A stretch of DNA of 64,000 bases from a virus (taxonomy: Duplodnaviria; Caudoviricetes), in the IMG/VR virus record IMGVR_UViG_3300025000_000057; one strand, written 5' to 3'. The notes beneath the pieces are model-generated. The model did not search any database. It was not told the DNA's origin and was given only the letters and a program-made list of their open reading frames with translations. Positions 17,479 to 26,871 of the stretch are shown piece by piece (the stretch's first letter is position 1; every line of letters begins with the position of its first letter). The position numbers and the translations under genes are program-made.

Positions 17479-17850
17479 TTGGAACTTGTAGCTAATATGT
17501 TAGCTAATTTCGATGTCAAAGATTTGTATGCGGGAGATCCGGAAGGCGAACCCTTTGCTATACGTATCTCGGCAAAATGCTGGATACCCATATCTATTAT
17601 GATATTTGCTAAAGATGAAGATGATGCAAAACAGCGAATCTTGAATGCTATAAAGGCATATGTAAATCGCTGCTCGGAACAAATTAAGTCATGCAATACT
17701 CTCAATAGTTCATGTAGTTATTATGAACTATTACTAAATCGGTGTAATCGTATATTGGAAATAGTAGAAAACGGCGGAATGAAAGTTGAGCGATTTGATA
17801 AACGGTATATAGCTAAAGTACCGTGGGCTGCTAATGATTATTTAGTGTGA
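17479..17850 (+). CDS. hypothetical protein
   Basis: GAGGTG SD, TTG start. Confidence 0.6.
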   Translation: MELVANMLANFDVKDLYAGDPEGEPFAIRISAKCWIPISIMIFAKDEDDAKQRILNAIKAYVNRCSEQIKSCNTLNSSCSYYELLLNRCNRILEIVENGGMKVERFDKRYIAKVPWAANDYLV

Positions 17851-18014
17851 GGTGATATTCTTGAAGTTTAGATACGGCTTAATTACAGCACTTATCGCAA
17901 TCTTACTGATTTGCTAATTGAAAACTGGACAGAGTTTTTAGCTTTAGTCTAATTATTCATGTATGAAACATTACTACATGGGACATACTACACTTAATAA
18001 AGGAGGTATGTTCT

Positions 18015-18362
18015 ATGATGCAGTTAAACGATTTCTTCGGTGATGATTTAGAGGTTACATTGCCAGAGGTATTTACTTGCCTAGTGTGTAATGGTGTTAT
18101 AGCAGCAAGGACGCCCAGTTTCTCTACTAATTACGCTCATACGGACGATAAAGATTTCGCACTACAGATAGCACTTGTAAAACACGGTTACTTCCTTAAA
18201 ACCTGGGAAAATAAGAATGTGTTAAACTCTGATATATTCCCGTATAAATGTGATTGTGATTGTAAGCATGAATGGAAAGAGATACCCGGTGGTGTTATGT
18301 TTGAACATGAATTTATATGTAAACATTGCGACCATATAATAACGGTTGATTATTCAGATTAA
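18015..18362 (+). CDS. hypothetical Cys/His-rich protein
   Basis: AAGGAGG SD; CLVC, CDCDC, CKHC. Confidence 0.65.
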   Translation: MMQLNDFFGDDLEVTLPEVFTCLVCNGVIAARTPSFSTNYAHTDDKDFALQIALVKHGYFLKTWENKNVLNSDIFPYKCDCDCKHEWKEIPGGVMFEHEFICKHCDHIITVDYSD

Positions 18363-18370
18363 GGAGGGTA

Positions 18371-19033
18371 TTGATGAAAATATTAATAATTGTTGATGGA
18401 AGGTGTGTAGTAGATGTAATCACAGACGAGAAAGTAGATATAAGAGTCTTGGATTACGATACTGAAAGTGCAGATGCGTTAGATGTTGTTAATATCGACA
18501 ACGGAGATTACACTGGTAGTGCTTATGTTTATAATGGTATTAGAGAATCAAAGGTTGAACCTAAGATAGTAAATTACAACTTCGAAGAAATCGACCGACA
18601 ACTGAATGAACCTAAGTATATGTGCTTTAATTGTCTGGAAGTATTCTTCGCTAGGGATTGGAACGATGCTACCAACAAAGAGTACCCTGACAATACAGCT
18701 AAATTGCCGGAAGATTATATTCTAAATAACCATACTGTATCTACGGTAGGACAAAAAGAGAGTAATGCTAGTTTGCCAGTTTTTGTATGTCCGCTTTGCA
18801 ATGCTAAACTAATGACAAATAAACTTATCTTAGTAATAGATATTACAGACGAGAATCTAGAAAAACTATGGGATAAATTAACCGATATACCTACTAATGA
18901 TTCTGACGAGATTGATCAACAGTTTTATAACTGGCCCGTCGGAACATTTCGGGAAGATATATGGAAATGGTTTGATACAAATCATTCAAAGGGTGTTTAC
19001 TATCTTATGCATGAGAGAAATAAGAAAGGATAG
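18371..19033 (+). CDS. hypothetical protein
   Basis: AAGGAGG SD; CFNC...CPLC. Confidence 0.65.
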   Translation: MMKILIIVDGRCVVDVITDEKVDIRVLDYDTESADALDVVNIDNGDYTGSAYVYNGIRESKVEPKIVNYNFEEIDRQLNEPKYMCFNCLEVFFARDWNDATNKEYPDNTAKLPEDYILNNHTVSTVGQKESNASLPVFVCPLCNAKLMTNKLILVIDITDENLEKLWDKLTDIPTNDSDEIDQQFYNWPVGTFREDIWKWFDTNHSKGVYYLMHERNKKG

Positions 19034-19040
19034 TAGTAAC

Positions 19041-19187
19041 ATGCAATGCAATATTACCATAGTTGCTAATACAGAAGAGGATATCATAATAGCCTTAGAA
19101 GAGGTTATGAGAAAAGTATCCGAGGGATATACGAGCGGCATGGATTCTGGTGAAACGGGTAGTTACGACTTTAATATCGAGGACTAA
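19041..19187 (+). CDS. small acidic hypothetical protein (MQCNIT...)
   Basis: 3' part of computed ORF 18897-19187; AAGGA SD before the ATG. Confidence 0.5.
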   Translation: MQCNITIVANTEEDIIIALEEVMRKVSEGYTSGMDSGETGSYDFNIED

Positions 19188-19198
19188 TAACTAAATAA

Positions 19199-19232
19199 TA
19201 TAATACGGGCCTGAAAATGGGCCCGTATTATA
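19199..19232. terminator. 13-bp inverted repeat
   Basis: TATAATACGGGCC / GGCCCGTATTATA. Confidence 0.55.
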
Positions 19233-19236
19233 TAAG

Positions 19237-19488
19237 GTGAAAGAAGGTGAGTTAGTGTCAGATAATTGTGTCTGTCCTAGATGCAATGGTGAGTTTGTTC
19301 TTACTGAGACAGTTATTTATGAAATTGATAAAGCTGGTTATGGTTATACGAATAATCCAGTTAATTCGGAAAGTGAATTATCCTGCAAAACTTGTAACTA
19401 TAAACCAAGTTTTGGTATAGACGTTAACGGCAAAGTTACACTGGAGGTGAATAATGATGAAGAAGATAGAGTGGTTAACTCCGAATAA
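19237..19488 (+). CDS. hypothetical zinc-ribbon protein
   Basis: CPRC...CKTC. Confidence 0.6.
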   Translation: MKEGELVSDNCVCPRCNGEFVLTETVIYEIDKAGYGYTNNPVNSESELSCKTCNYKPSFGIDVNGKVTLEVNNDEEDRVVNSE

Positions 19489-19927
19489 AATAAAGTTCGA
19501 GTCGCCTCACAAGGTATTTAACCAACAGTGTAAATTAATCAGTACAGGTAATATCATAAGTGATACTCAGATAGGTTTCTTTATCAGGCCTTATCACGAT
19601 CTTTATTGCAATGGTGTAATGTTCGAGACAGGTCATCTTCAAAGAACAGATCTTCTCTCGTTTGATAACCTGCCATCCAAAGTAAGAGAGTATATTAGGG
19701 AGAAAGGTGAAAGACAAACTTTAATCCTCTACGAGTTTAGGCATTGGTATAAGGATAAGAATCGTAGAGATGTAAAGGTTCTTCACGGTTATGTAATTAC
19801 AAGCTATCATCATGAGCATATTGCTACGTTTCGTACTAATACCTTATGGAAGAGCCAGGAAATATTAAAAGAAGCTATCCAGTATGTAATTGATGGCGAG
19901 GCTTCTGGTGAGATAATATATCTGTAG
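19454..19927 (+). CDS. hypothetical protein
   Basis: GGAGG SD. Confidence 0.65.
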   Translation: MMKKIEWLTPNKIKFESPHKVFNQQCKLISTGNIISDTQIGFFIRPYHDLYCNGVMFETGHLQRTDLLSFDNLPSKVREYIREKGERQTLILYEFRHWYKDKNRRDVKVLHGYVITSYHHEHIATFRTNTLWKSQEILKEAIQYVIDGEASGEIIYL

Positions 19928-19937
19928 GAGTGATGTA

Positions 19938-20294
19938 ATGAAATTACCCGAACTAGCCGTTTGTGCTATTAGTAACGCTATATACACGATCCTGTTATTA
20001 GCTAAGGTACGAGTTACTTATAATGAGATCGAGGTAGAATTCGAACGGACAATATCTGAAACTTTTGATAGCTTTATTGACAAGATGGATAATGCTATCA
20101 AAGGAAATGATGAAGTCTTAGCGGTAGTTAAAGAAGAACTTGTATACGAGTTAACGGAAGGTAACTATTTCGATAAGTCGCAAGACTTTACCCATGATTT
20201 AGGGATTTATCTTGAAGAACGTACAAGTGCTACTCTCGAAGTGATAAACTGGTTTATCACGGTAGCAGAGGAGGCTAAACATGGAAGAGAATAA
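19938..20294 (+). CDS. hypothetical protein
   Basis: AGGAG SD. Confidence 0.65.
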   Translation: MKLPELAVCAISNAIYTILLLAKVRVTYNEIEVEFERTISETFDSFIDKMDNAIKGNDEVLAVVKEELVYELTEGNYFDKSQDFTHDLGIYLEERTSATLEVINWFITVAEEAKHGRE

Positions 20295-20799
20295 ATACCG
20301 GGTAGTTATCCCGGCTAAGATTATTGATGTATGCGCTCCGGATGAGACAACGGCATGTCAAGATGCTGAGGAGATTGCCGGAGGAGAGCGCGGAAGCTGG
20401 ACGATTATTAATCTTAACGAAGGGCAATTAGCCTGTCCGCATTGCGGTGTTGTAGGAAATATCGTAGAAATCATAGAAAGCGTAACAATTAAATATCCCA
20501 TCGTAGGTACACACGTTGTAACAGACGCTCCAATTATAATTGAGAACCCCAAACTCAGTAAAGGGTATTGTAGATGCGACTCCTGTTATAGAAGAGTCGA
20601 TATTGATGATTTATTAAGTGATATGATTCCAAAAATAACAAAGCCGGATCAACCACTTATAGGTGCTATTAATCGTTTAGCTGCCGCTATTGAAGAATAT
20701 AATAAGCATGCAGCGGTTTGTAACCCTACAGATAACCGTCTTAGCGAAGAGAGAATTCAACAGGTCAAAGAATACCTAGACAGGGCAGATGATGGTTAA
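20281..20799 (+). CDS. hypothetical zinc-ribbon protein
   Basis: CPHC...CDSC. Confidence 0.65.
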   Translation: MEENKYRVVIPAKIIDVCAPDETTACQDAEEIAGGERGSWTIINLNEGQLACPHCGVVGNIVEIIESVTIKYPIVGTHVVTDAPIIIENPKLSKGYCRCDSCYRRVDIDDLLSDMIPKITKPDQPLIGAINRLAAAIEEYNKHAAVCNPTDNRLSEERIQQVKEYLDRADDG

Positions 20800-21197
20800 T
20801 GCTAAAACCGTTAGAGGTAACTAGAACATGGACTGGTGCTGATAATAAGCAGTATAAACTTATTGATGGTATTATCTATAATGCAGATACTCCTGATAAT
20901 CTTATTAGAATTTTGCAAATCCTGGCACAGAATGGGACTAGAGTACACATCTATTTTGGAAATAGTAATATCGGTACCGGATATATCAAAGTTTGTGATA
21001 AGAATTTAAGATTAGTATCCAAGAAAAATATACAGAGCGGACTTCTAATTCGAGGTCATGAAGATATAACTAAGATTACTAGAAGTATCAAACCTTATAA
21101 CGTTTACTATACTCGGACAGAAGAAAGTATAAATGACTTCGAATTGATCTTATCTAGAATTATAGAGATAAGCGAAGAGGTGGATGATATTGAATAA
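20799..21197 (+). CDS. hypothetical protein, paralogue of the next gene
   Basis: TPDNLIRIL...RVHIYFG segment shared with 21184-21627. Confidence 0.65.
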   Translation: MLKPLEVTRTWTGADNKQYKLIDGIIYNADTPDNLIRILQILAQNGTRVHIYFGNSNIGTGYIKVCDKNLRLVSKKNIQSGLLIRGHEDITKITRSIKPYNVYYTRTEESINDFELILSRIIEISEEVDDIE

Positions 21198-21627
21198 GAT
21201 CAAATGCGAAACGTATACAAACGATAACGGTATTAAGTTTAAGATTATAAATAATACCGCTTATCACGAAGAGACACCTGATCAGGTTGTTACTATCTTG
21301 GATAATGCTATATCGAGCAAGTATCGTGTACGATTACATTATGGGGATGTTAAAACTGGCCGAGATTGGCAAGAAATTTATGATATAGAAGGGTATATTG
21401 GAAGATCGACCGGTACTCTTAAAATCCCTCTTCTAGTGCATAATAGCCGGAGCTTGGGTGGTGGTGCTATACTCGATCATTGTATAGTTAAGATTACTAC
21501 AACCAGAAAGCCTAGGCGAACACTCTATCAGCATCCAGATTATCATATTGCGGATGAATCTGAAGTTATAATATCGGAACTTATTGAGGTTATATTACGA
21601 ATTGGAGAAGAGGTTCAAGCCATATAA
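21184..21627 (+). CDS. hypothetical protein, paralogue of the previous gene
   Basis: TPDQVVTIL...RVRLHYG. Confidence 0.65.
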   Translation: MILNKIKCETYTNDNGIKFKIINNTAYHEETPDQVVTILDNAISSKYRVRLHYGDVKTGRDWQEIYDIEGYIGRSTGTLKIPLLVHNSRSLGGGAILDHCIVKITTTRKPRRTLYQHPDYHIADESEVIISELIEVILRIGEEVQAI

Positions 21628-21645
21628 TACTTTACTCAGAGGAGG

Positions 21646-22065
21646 ATGATTAGAATGTCAGTAATAGACCTAACTCGTAAGGTATCTTGTAAGTGTAAGA
21701 CTTGTGGTGAGACATTTCAAATTGATATTGGTAATTCTACCCGTGAAGAAATTGATAAGTGGCTTGATAAAAGTGGCGGATTTCAATGCCCGGGCCGACA
21801 TGTTGAACTCGGTAAACGCAGCCATCACTGGACTATTGATTGGAATTCTCTACACGAGGATACTAAGCAAAGCGACGAAGATTGGCTAAAGGAGTTAATG
21901 ACCGAGCACGGTGTCGTCTATGAAAATGACGAGTTAAGCGCATATTTCAAAGTTACCGGATTTACTATGGGATTTTGTATGGCTAAAGATAAGACATCTG
22001 GGGAGGAAGTATGTCTTAGTTATGCCCACGCTCCTGAAAGCGGAAAACGTTATTACTTTAAGTAG
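21646..22065 (+). CDS. hypothetical zinc-binding protein
   Basis: AGGAGG SD; CKTC...CPGRH. Confidence 0.65.
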   Translation: MIRMSVIDLTRKVSCKCKTCGETFQIDIGNSTREEIDKWLDKSGGFQCPGRHVELGKRSHHWTIDWNSLHEDTKQSDEDWLKELMTEHGVVYENDELSAYFKVTGFTMGFCMAKDKTSGEEVCLSYAHAPESGKRYYFK

Positions 22066-22079
22066 GGAGGTTATATGTC

Positions 22080-22613
22080 ATGATAGGTAACGAGCTAAAG
22101 GAAAAGTGTAAAGCATGTACTATTAAATGCTTTCTGGTTCCAGAAACAAAGGAACTTATTATTAATAGATGCGAGAATGACGGTATACTTAATTACGTAT
22201 CTCTCATGTGTGATATTCATAGAGAATTAACACCTCTTATGAACAAACCAGCCTATCTCTTAATATTAACTGGTCAAGGAGATACTGAAATAAAAGTTGT
22301 TGACGAAGAAACTTATAACTGGATTGTAAGTACAGAACTTGGTAAATCTGAGCAAGATAAAGGAAAACTCTACTGGAATGATATAAGTTGTCCTCCAGAA
22401 GTGAGAAAAGCTATCATAGAAACAGAGGAAGAAGGAGAAGGATTTTCAATTTCTATTGGTATAAACTCTTATTCAAATGATAGAGCTCTTTTTGCGCCTT
22501 GTATTAAGGTTAATGGTAACGAAATGAGGTTTTCCACTGTAGTAGATGTTTATAACTGGACAGTCCGTAACGGTTATACCATTATTGATGAATATCAAGG
22601 ATATATCTATTAA
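22080..22613 (+). CDS. hypothetical protein
   Basis: GGGAGG SD. Confidence 0.65.
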   Translation: MIGNELKEKCKACTIKCFLVPETKELIINRCENDGILNYVSLMCDIHRELTPLMNKPAYLLILTGQGDTEIKVVDEETYNWIVSTELGKSEQDKGKLYWNDISCPPEVRKAIIETEEEGEGFSISIGINSYSNDRALFAPCIKVNGNEMRFSTVVDVYNWTVRNGYTIIDEYQGYIY

Positions 22614-22616
22614 ATT

Positions 22617-22652
22617 ATTAAACGGCTGGTTAAAATTAACCAGCCGTTTAAT
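22617..22652. terminator. long inverted repeat
   Basis: ATTAAACGGCTGGTTAA / TTAACCAGCCGTTTAAT. Confidence 0.6.
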
Positions 22653-22763
22653 ATATTATCTTTTATTATAGTGTATAGTTACATGATACATGGTACATAC
22701 TATATATTATAATAAAGGATATACACATGTATAAGTACAATACTATTATAAGGTGGTGAATGT

Positions 22764-22958
22764 ATGGACGATTTACGTTCCGGTAATGAGGAATCGAGAC
22801 ATTGTCATACTGACAAGACAGAGATGATTCAAAGTTCGACAATAGCAAAGTTTAATTTTGAAACATCGGGTAGTACAATTTTGGAAAAGAATGTAATTAT
22901 CGAAGCTTATTATTGTCCAGTTTGTGATAATGTCGTAATCGAAGGAGTTAACGACTAA
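22764..22958 (+). CDS. small zinc-ribbon protein
   Basis: CHTD...CPVC. Confidence 0.55.
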   Translation: MDDLRSGNEESRHCHTDKTEMIQSSTIAKFNFETSGSTILEKNVIIEAYYCPVCDNVVIEGVND

Positions 22959-23347
22959 TGGCTATGAGAGGTAAAAGAGAAATAAAGGCCCTGGAGTATA
23001 AAGAGTGTCCTGAAATCGGTAGATTTATTAACGGATATAAAGGTAAGAACGATATTTTACAACAGGACTTTGCACTTAAACACATATGGGGCAACGGTAT
23101 GATAATCGGCTTTCATAAGAAAGACGGTGCCTTTGATGCAGACCCTGATTATTATGATGCTTACAGACTAATCGGAGATAACCGAGATCAAAAGATGATC
23201 AAATCGGTGGATCTTTTCCCGATTGAATGGGAGGTTAAGTACTGGACGGGCTGGGGTATTGACGGGTGGATAGCTTATATTGAAAGAAAGGACAAAATTC
23301 CGGCAAGTGGATTTTTCCATAGGGAAAATCTTAAAGGTAAGAGTTAA
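22958..23347 (+). CDS. hypothetical protein
   Basis: translationally coupled ORF. Confidence 0.6.
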   Translation: MAMRGKREIKALEYKECPEIGRFINGYKGKNDILQQDFALKHIWGNGMIIGFHKKDGAFDADPDYYDAYRLIGDNRDQKMIKSVDLFPIEWEVKYWTGWGIDGWIAYIERKDKIPASGFFHRENLKGKS

Positions 23348-23361
23348 AGAGGTGCCTTGAA

Positions 23362-23673
23362 ATGCAATTAACAGAAGAAGTTCGTGAACAGATGGTATTG
23401 GAATTAGCTAAGATCTCAACCGAGCTTGGTTGGGATCCTAGTTTATTACTTTTGATAGCCTCTGATTTAGCAAAAGCTTCATTAATGATCGAACTAAACA
23501 AACTCGATCCTGAACATCAAGAAGTGTTTAATCATAACCTTAGCATAATGCAAAACTTTATTAAACAAAGGGTAGATGGTTATTCGGTAGATACAGTAAC
23601 TAAAGTGATAGTTCTCTCCGATGTGTTATCACGACTTATAATAAAATTAGCAAAGGAGAATGTACGAAAATGA
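23362..23673 (+). CDS. hypothetical protein
   Basis: SD plus ORF. Confidence 0.6.
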   Translation: MQLTEEVREQMVLELAKISTELGWDPSLLLLIASDLAKASLMIELNKLDPEHQEVFNHNLSIMQNFIKQRVDGYSVDTVTKVIVLSDVLSRLIIKLAKENVRK

Positions 23674-25199
23674 ATGCGTACTCAGATGATTATATACTTA
23701 TTAAGATAGGAGCAACCCCTGGTTCTAAGATCTTAGTCAGGGACGATTACTACTGTCAAAGCGGCAGTAGTGATAAAGTCTATATAGGAGTTAAGGTTCA
23801 AGATCCTAATCATGTTTTGAATTTGTACTACTGTTTATATGGTGCTCGTGGTAAGCAACTACAAGCTATGGCTTATAGCTACGACTCTTATATCCAGAAA
23901 CTAAATGAACGCATTAGGAAAGGTTACTCCAAATGCGATCTGAGTTATACACTCAACATAAATGGTAGTACAATACCGACTGCAACACATACACCAGCAC
24001 CTACGCAGACAATTCCGGTTCATAATCCAGATTCCGAAGTGGCTATACAATCATGGCCATTAGCAATTTGGCCACAAGGTGCTTCCCCTATGCCTAAGGA
24101 CGAAGCAGTATTACAAGAACTTATTGATAACAAAGATTACATTTACGAGTACAAATATCGTGGTGTAAGAGCTACCTTACACATACCACCCGAAGGTGTA
24201 GAGGAAACGGCCAGGATATTTGGTAGAAATGCGGTTCAAGACAACCCTACCAGACCGCATGAATTCACTCCTAAACTAATGCATCTGGCGACTCTTAAGT
24301 TTCCTAAAGAATTGGAAGGTACTGTACTTGATGGAGAGATACTTTCTACCAAATACGGACACACTGTAGGTTCGGATGCTAAGATTGCTGGTGATTTAAG
24401 TGCAGAAGATGGCCGGGATAATAGTCACTTATACTTTGTAGCATTCGATATGCCGGTTCTCAATTGTAAGGAGATTGTAAATAAACCATGGCACGAGCGT
24501 AGACAATTGTTAGAAATCGTGTGTCATAAACTTGTTTTAGAGGGTATTGACATTAAAGCCAGTTGGTATACTGATAAAGATAAAGCCGAGGCTCATAACA
24601 GGATACTGGCCGCCGGTGGTGAAGGTGGTATATTTAAGAATATACATGCCACTTACTCTTATGGTAAGAAACCAAAGGCATGGATAAAGTGGAAACGTAT
24701 TGAGACTGACGATGTTGTTATCATGGGCTACACAATAGCTGAACCAGGGAAATATAATAACGGCATGGATATTGTACTTATCGGAGCTATTGAGTATGGT
24801 ATGTACGTTGAATGTACTCTAGAGCAGTATAATATATTTATGAATAAACACGGACTTACCGAAATTCGAAAGTATGGAGACAAACCCGAGTTCTTTAAGT
24901 CAGCCGATGATAAGTTTTATCAACTCACTTATGTAGGTAAATGCTCAGGCTTATCAGATCCGGCCAGGAGAGAATTTACCAGCAATGGTAACGCTTATTT
25001 AGGGAAGGTAATGAAGATATACCGTCATGAGAAATCCGCCGACGGTACCGATAATCTTGCTAGGTACGGCGGAATGCATGAAGATAAAGAGGCTTATATG
25101 TGCATATACGATGGAACGGTAAAGGCAAAGCGAGCCTCGACAAGAAAAAGGAAGACTAACACACCTAATGATAATTCTGTAGAAAAGACTACAGCATAG
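23670..25199 (+). CDS. ATP-dependent DNA ligase with an N-terminal WGR-like domain
   Basis: motif I EYKYRGVR, III VLDGEI, IIIa FVAFDM, IV EGGIFK, V WIKWK; N-terminal YGARG...ERIRKGY. Confidence 0.85.
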   Translation: MNAYSDDYILIKIGATPGSKILVRDDYYCQSGSSDKVYIGVKVQDPNHVLNLYYCLYGARGKQLQAMAYSYDSYIQKLNERIRKGYSKCDLSYTLNINGSTIPTATHTPAPTQTIPVHNPDSEVAIQSWPLAIWPQGASPMPKDEAVLQELIDNKDYIYEYKYRGVRATLHIPPEGVEETARIFGRNAVQDNPTRPHEFTPKLMHLATLKFPKELEGTVLDGEILSTKYGHTVGSDAKIAGDLSAEDGRDNSHLYFVAFDMPVLNCKEIVNKPWHERRQLLEIVCHKLVLEGIDIKASWYTDKDKAEAHNRILAAGGEGGIFKNIHATYSYGKKPKAWIKWKRIETDDVVIMGYTIAEPGKYNNGMDIVLIGAIEYGMYVECTLEQYNIFMNKHGLTEIRKYGDKPEFFKSADDKFYQLTYVGKCSGLSDPARREFTSNGNAYLGKVMKIYRHEKSADGTDNLARYGGMHEDKEAYMCIYDGTVKAKRASTRKRKTNTPNDNSVEKTTA

Positions 25200-25204
25200 G
25201 AGGT

Positions 25205-25750
25205 GTGGTAGTGGAATTATGTGTATCGTCTAATGTAATAGCAAGTGAACATGCCTATGATAGGTGGAAAGAGTATGGCGGTAGAATATACATTCTTGAT
25301 GCCTTTGCAAAGGCTACCTACATAGGTAATGATTTTCACAAATCACAGGAGGCAGAATATTATATCTGGGAGGATAAGATCTTTGTATATGCATATCAAA
25401 CCAATATAATTATTACTGTGATTAATGTAAATTACAATTTATCCTCCGAGATTAACAAAGTCGTTATCAATAAGCAAACGAAACTAGTACTAAAGTTATT
25501 GGAAAAGGTAGATGTAGCAAAAGCCCGACTAGCTCTCAATGAGAGAGAGTCTACTCGAAAACTAAGTTATATTGAAGATCAAATCCTCGTACATGAGAGA
25601 AAGATCGAGGCCTTACGACATTCTCGAAACGCCATCCATGAAGAAGTATCGCGGTATAAGAAAGAAACAGAGGCTGCGATAAAAGATCATTCATCTGAGT
25701 TAAGCAGATTATATTTCTCAATTGACTATCGAGTAAAGAATAAGAAATAG
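25205..25750 (+). CDS. hypothetical protein with a C-terminal coiled coil
   Basis: GGAGG SD. Confidence 0.6.
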   Translation: MVVELCVSSNVIASEHAYDRWKEYGGRIYILDAFAKATYIGNDFHKSQEAEYYIWEDKIFVYAYQTNIIITVINVNYNLSSEINKVVINKQTKLVLKLLEKVDVAKARLALNERESTRKLSYIEDQILVHERKIEALRHSRNAIHEEVSRYKKETEAAIKDHSSELSRLYFSIDYRVKNKK

Positions 25751-25763
25751 GAGGTATATCTCG

Positions 25764-26183
25764 ATGATGCTTATAGATCTTACATGGCTTGAATTCAGAG
25801 CACTTCCTATTGAAAGTCGTAGACACAGGATAGAAGAATTCAAAGCCAAGGGATTTGGCATCTTTAAGTTAGCTAGAATATGGAATGTTACTAACGCTTC
25901 TATTCATAAAGCTCTTGAGACTTCATCAGAAATATCCGAACTTTCTAAGGGTACTGTCAAAGAACGTCTAGAAGATCTGGTTATTCAAATGGAAGATGGA
26001 ACTCCTAAACAGCTAATAGAGATCGCCATACAAACCTTAGGTTATGAAATTAACACAGATGCTCTAGAAGAAATGAGAAAAGAGAATGAGCGTCTAAATA
26101 ATGCCTATAATGATTTAAAGAAAGACTTTGCTACTGTTGTGAAAATACAAAAGAAGTACGAGGAGGTGTCTAATGCAAGCTAA
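25764..26183 (+). CDS. putative HTH-containing protein
   Basis: FKLARIWNVTNASIHKAL resembles an HTH. Confidence 0.5.
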   Translation: MMLIDLTWLEFRALPIESRRHRIEEFKAKGFGIFKLARIWNVTNASIHKALETSSEISELSKGTVKERLEDLVIQMEDGTPKQLIEIAIQTLGYEINTDALEEMRKENERLNNAYNDLKKDFATVVKIQKKYEEVSNAS

Positions 26184-26745
26184 TCGTGTATCTATAGGAA
26201 CCCCTGTTAAAGTATGGTCACTTGACAGTTCAGAGTATTACGGTAGCGGTATAATAGCTGGACATTTCTATGTATGGCGTAGTTCTCCAAGATTAGGAAG
26301 AACTCCTGTTTTAGACACGTATATAGCTATTACAGAGGGCCCTAACGCAGGTACTGACCTTATAGCCGGACTTGAATGTTTCTATCATACGATACCCTTA
26401 TGCGGACTTACAGAAAGACAAGCCAAGGCTATGGAGCAAATTACTCCTTTTAAACGAAATGGTCAACTCGCTATAGGTACTGTATTAACTAGCTTATCGC
26501 AACAGCTACTCCCAGAAAGTTTTAAAGCACTTAAAAGTCTGTTAACTACTCAGGCTAATAAAGAGATTGACATTTTTGAAGTACAATACGATTTTCCAGG
26601 TAGAGTTTATCTTGCATTAAACATTACTGATGTTACATGTAATAATATTAGAGAGATAATCAAGCACCACTTCTCATATGATGACGGTGGAGTACTTAAC
26701 TGGAAGATGGTAGCTTGGATACATGAAAAGAGGGAAATAACGTAG
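26173..26745 (+). CDS. hypothetical protein
   Basis: GAGGAGG SD. Confidence 0.65.
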   Translation: MQANRVSIGTPVKVWSLDSSEYYGSGIIAGHFYVWRSSPRLGRTPVLDTYIAITEGPNAGTDLIAGLECFYHTIPLCGLTERQAKAMEQITPFKRNGQLAIGTVLTSLSQQLLPESFKALKSLLTTQANKEIDIFEVQYDFPGRVYLALNITDVTCNNIREIIKHHFSYDDGGVLNWKMVAWIHEKREIT

Positions 26746-26753
26746 GGTACTAT

Positions 26754-26782
26754 TTGACATGTTACATGTTATATGCTACAAT
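26754..26782 (+). promoter_or_regulatory. strong sigmaA-type promoter
   Basis: TTGACA-17nt-TACAAT with an extended TG. Confidence 0.75.
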
Positions 26783-26871
26783 GTATTCAAGAATAAACGT
26801 CTTGAATAACTAACCCTTCCCAAAAGGGGAAGGGTTAGTTAATATTAATATATAAAGAGGGAGCGGATTGT

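Noticed and set aside
17862-17918. 18-aa signal-like ORF MKFRYGLITALIAILLIC
   Set aside because: It has an SD but is too short to support from sequence alone
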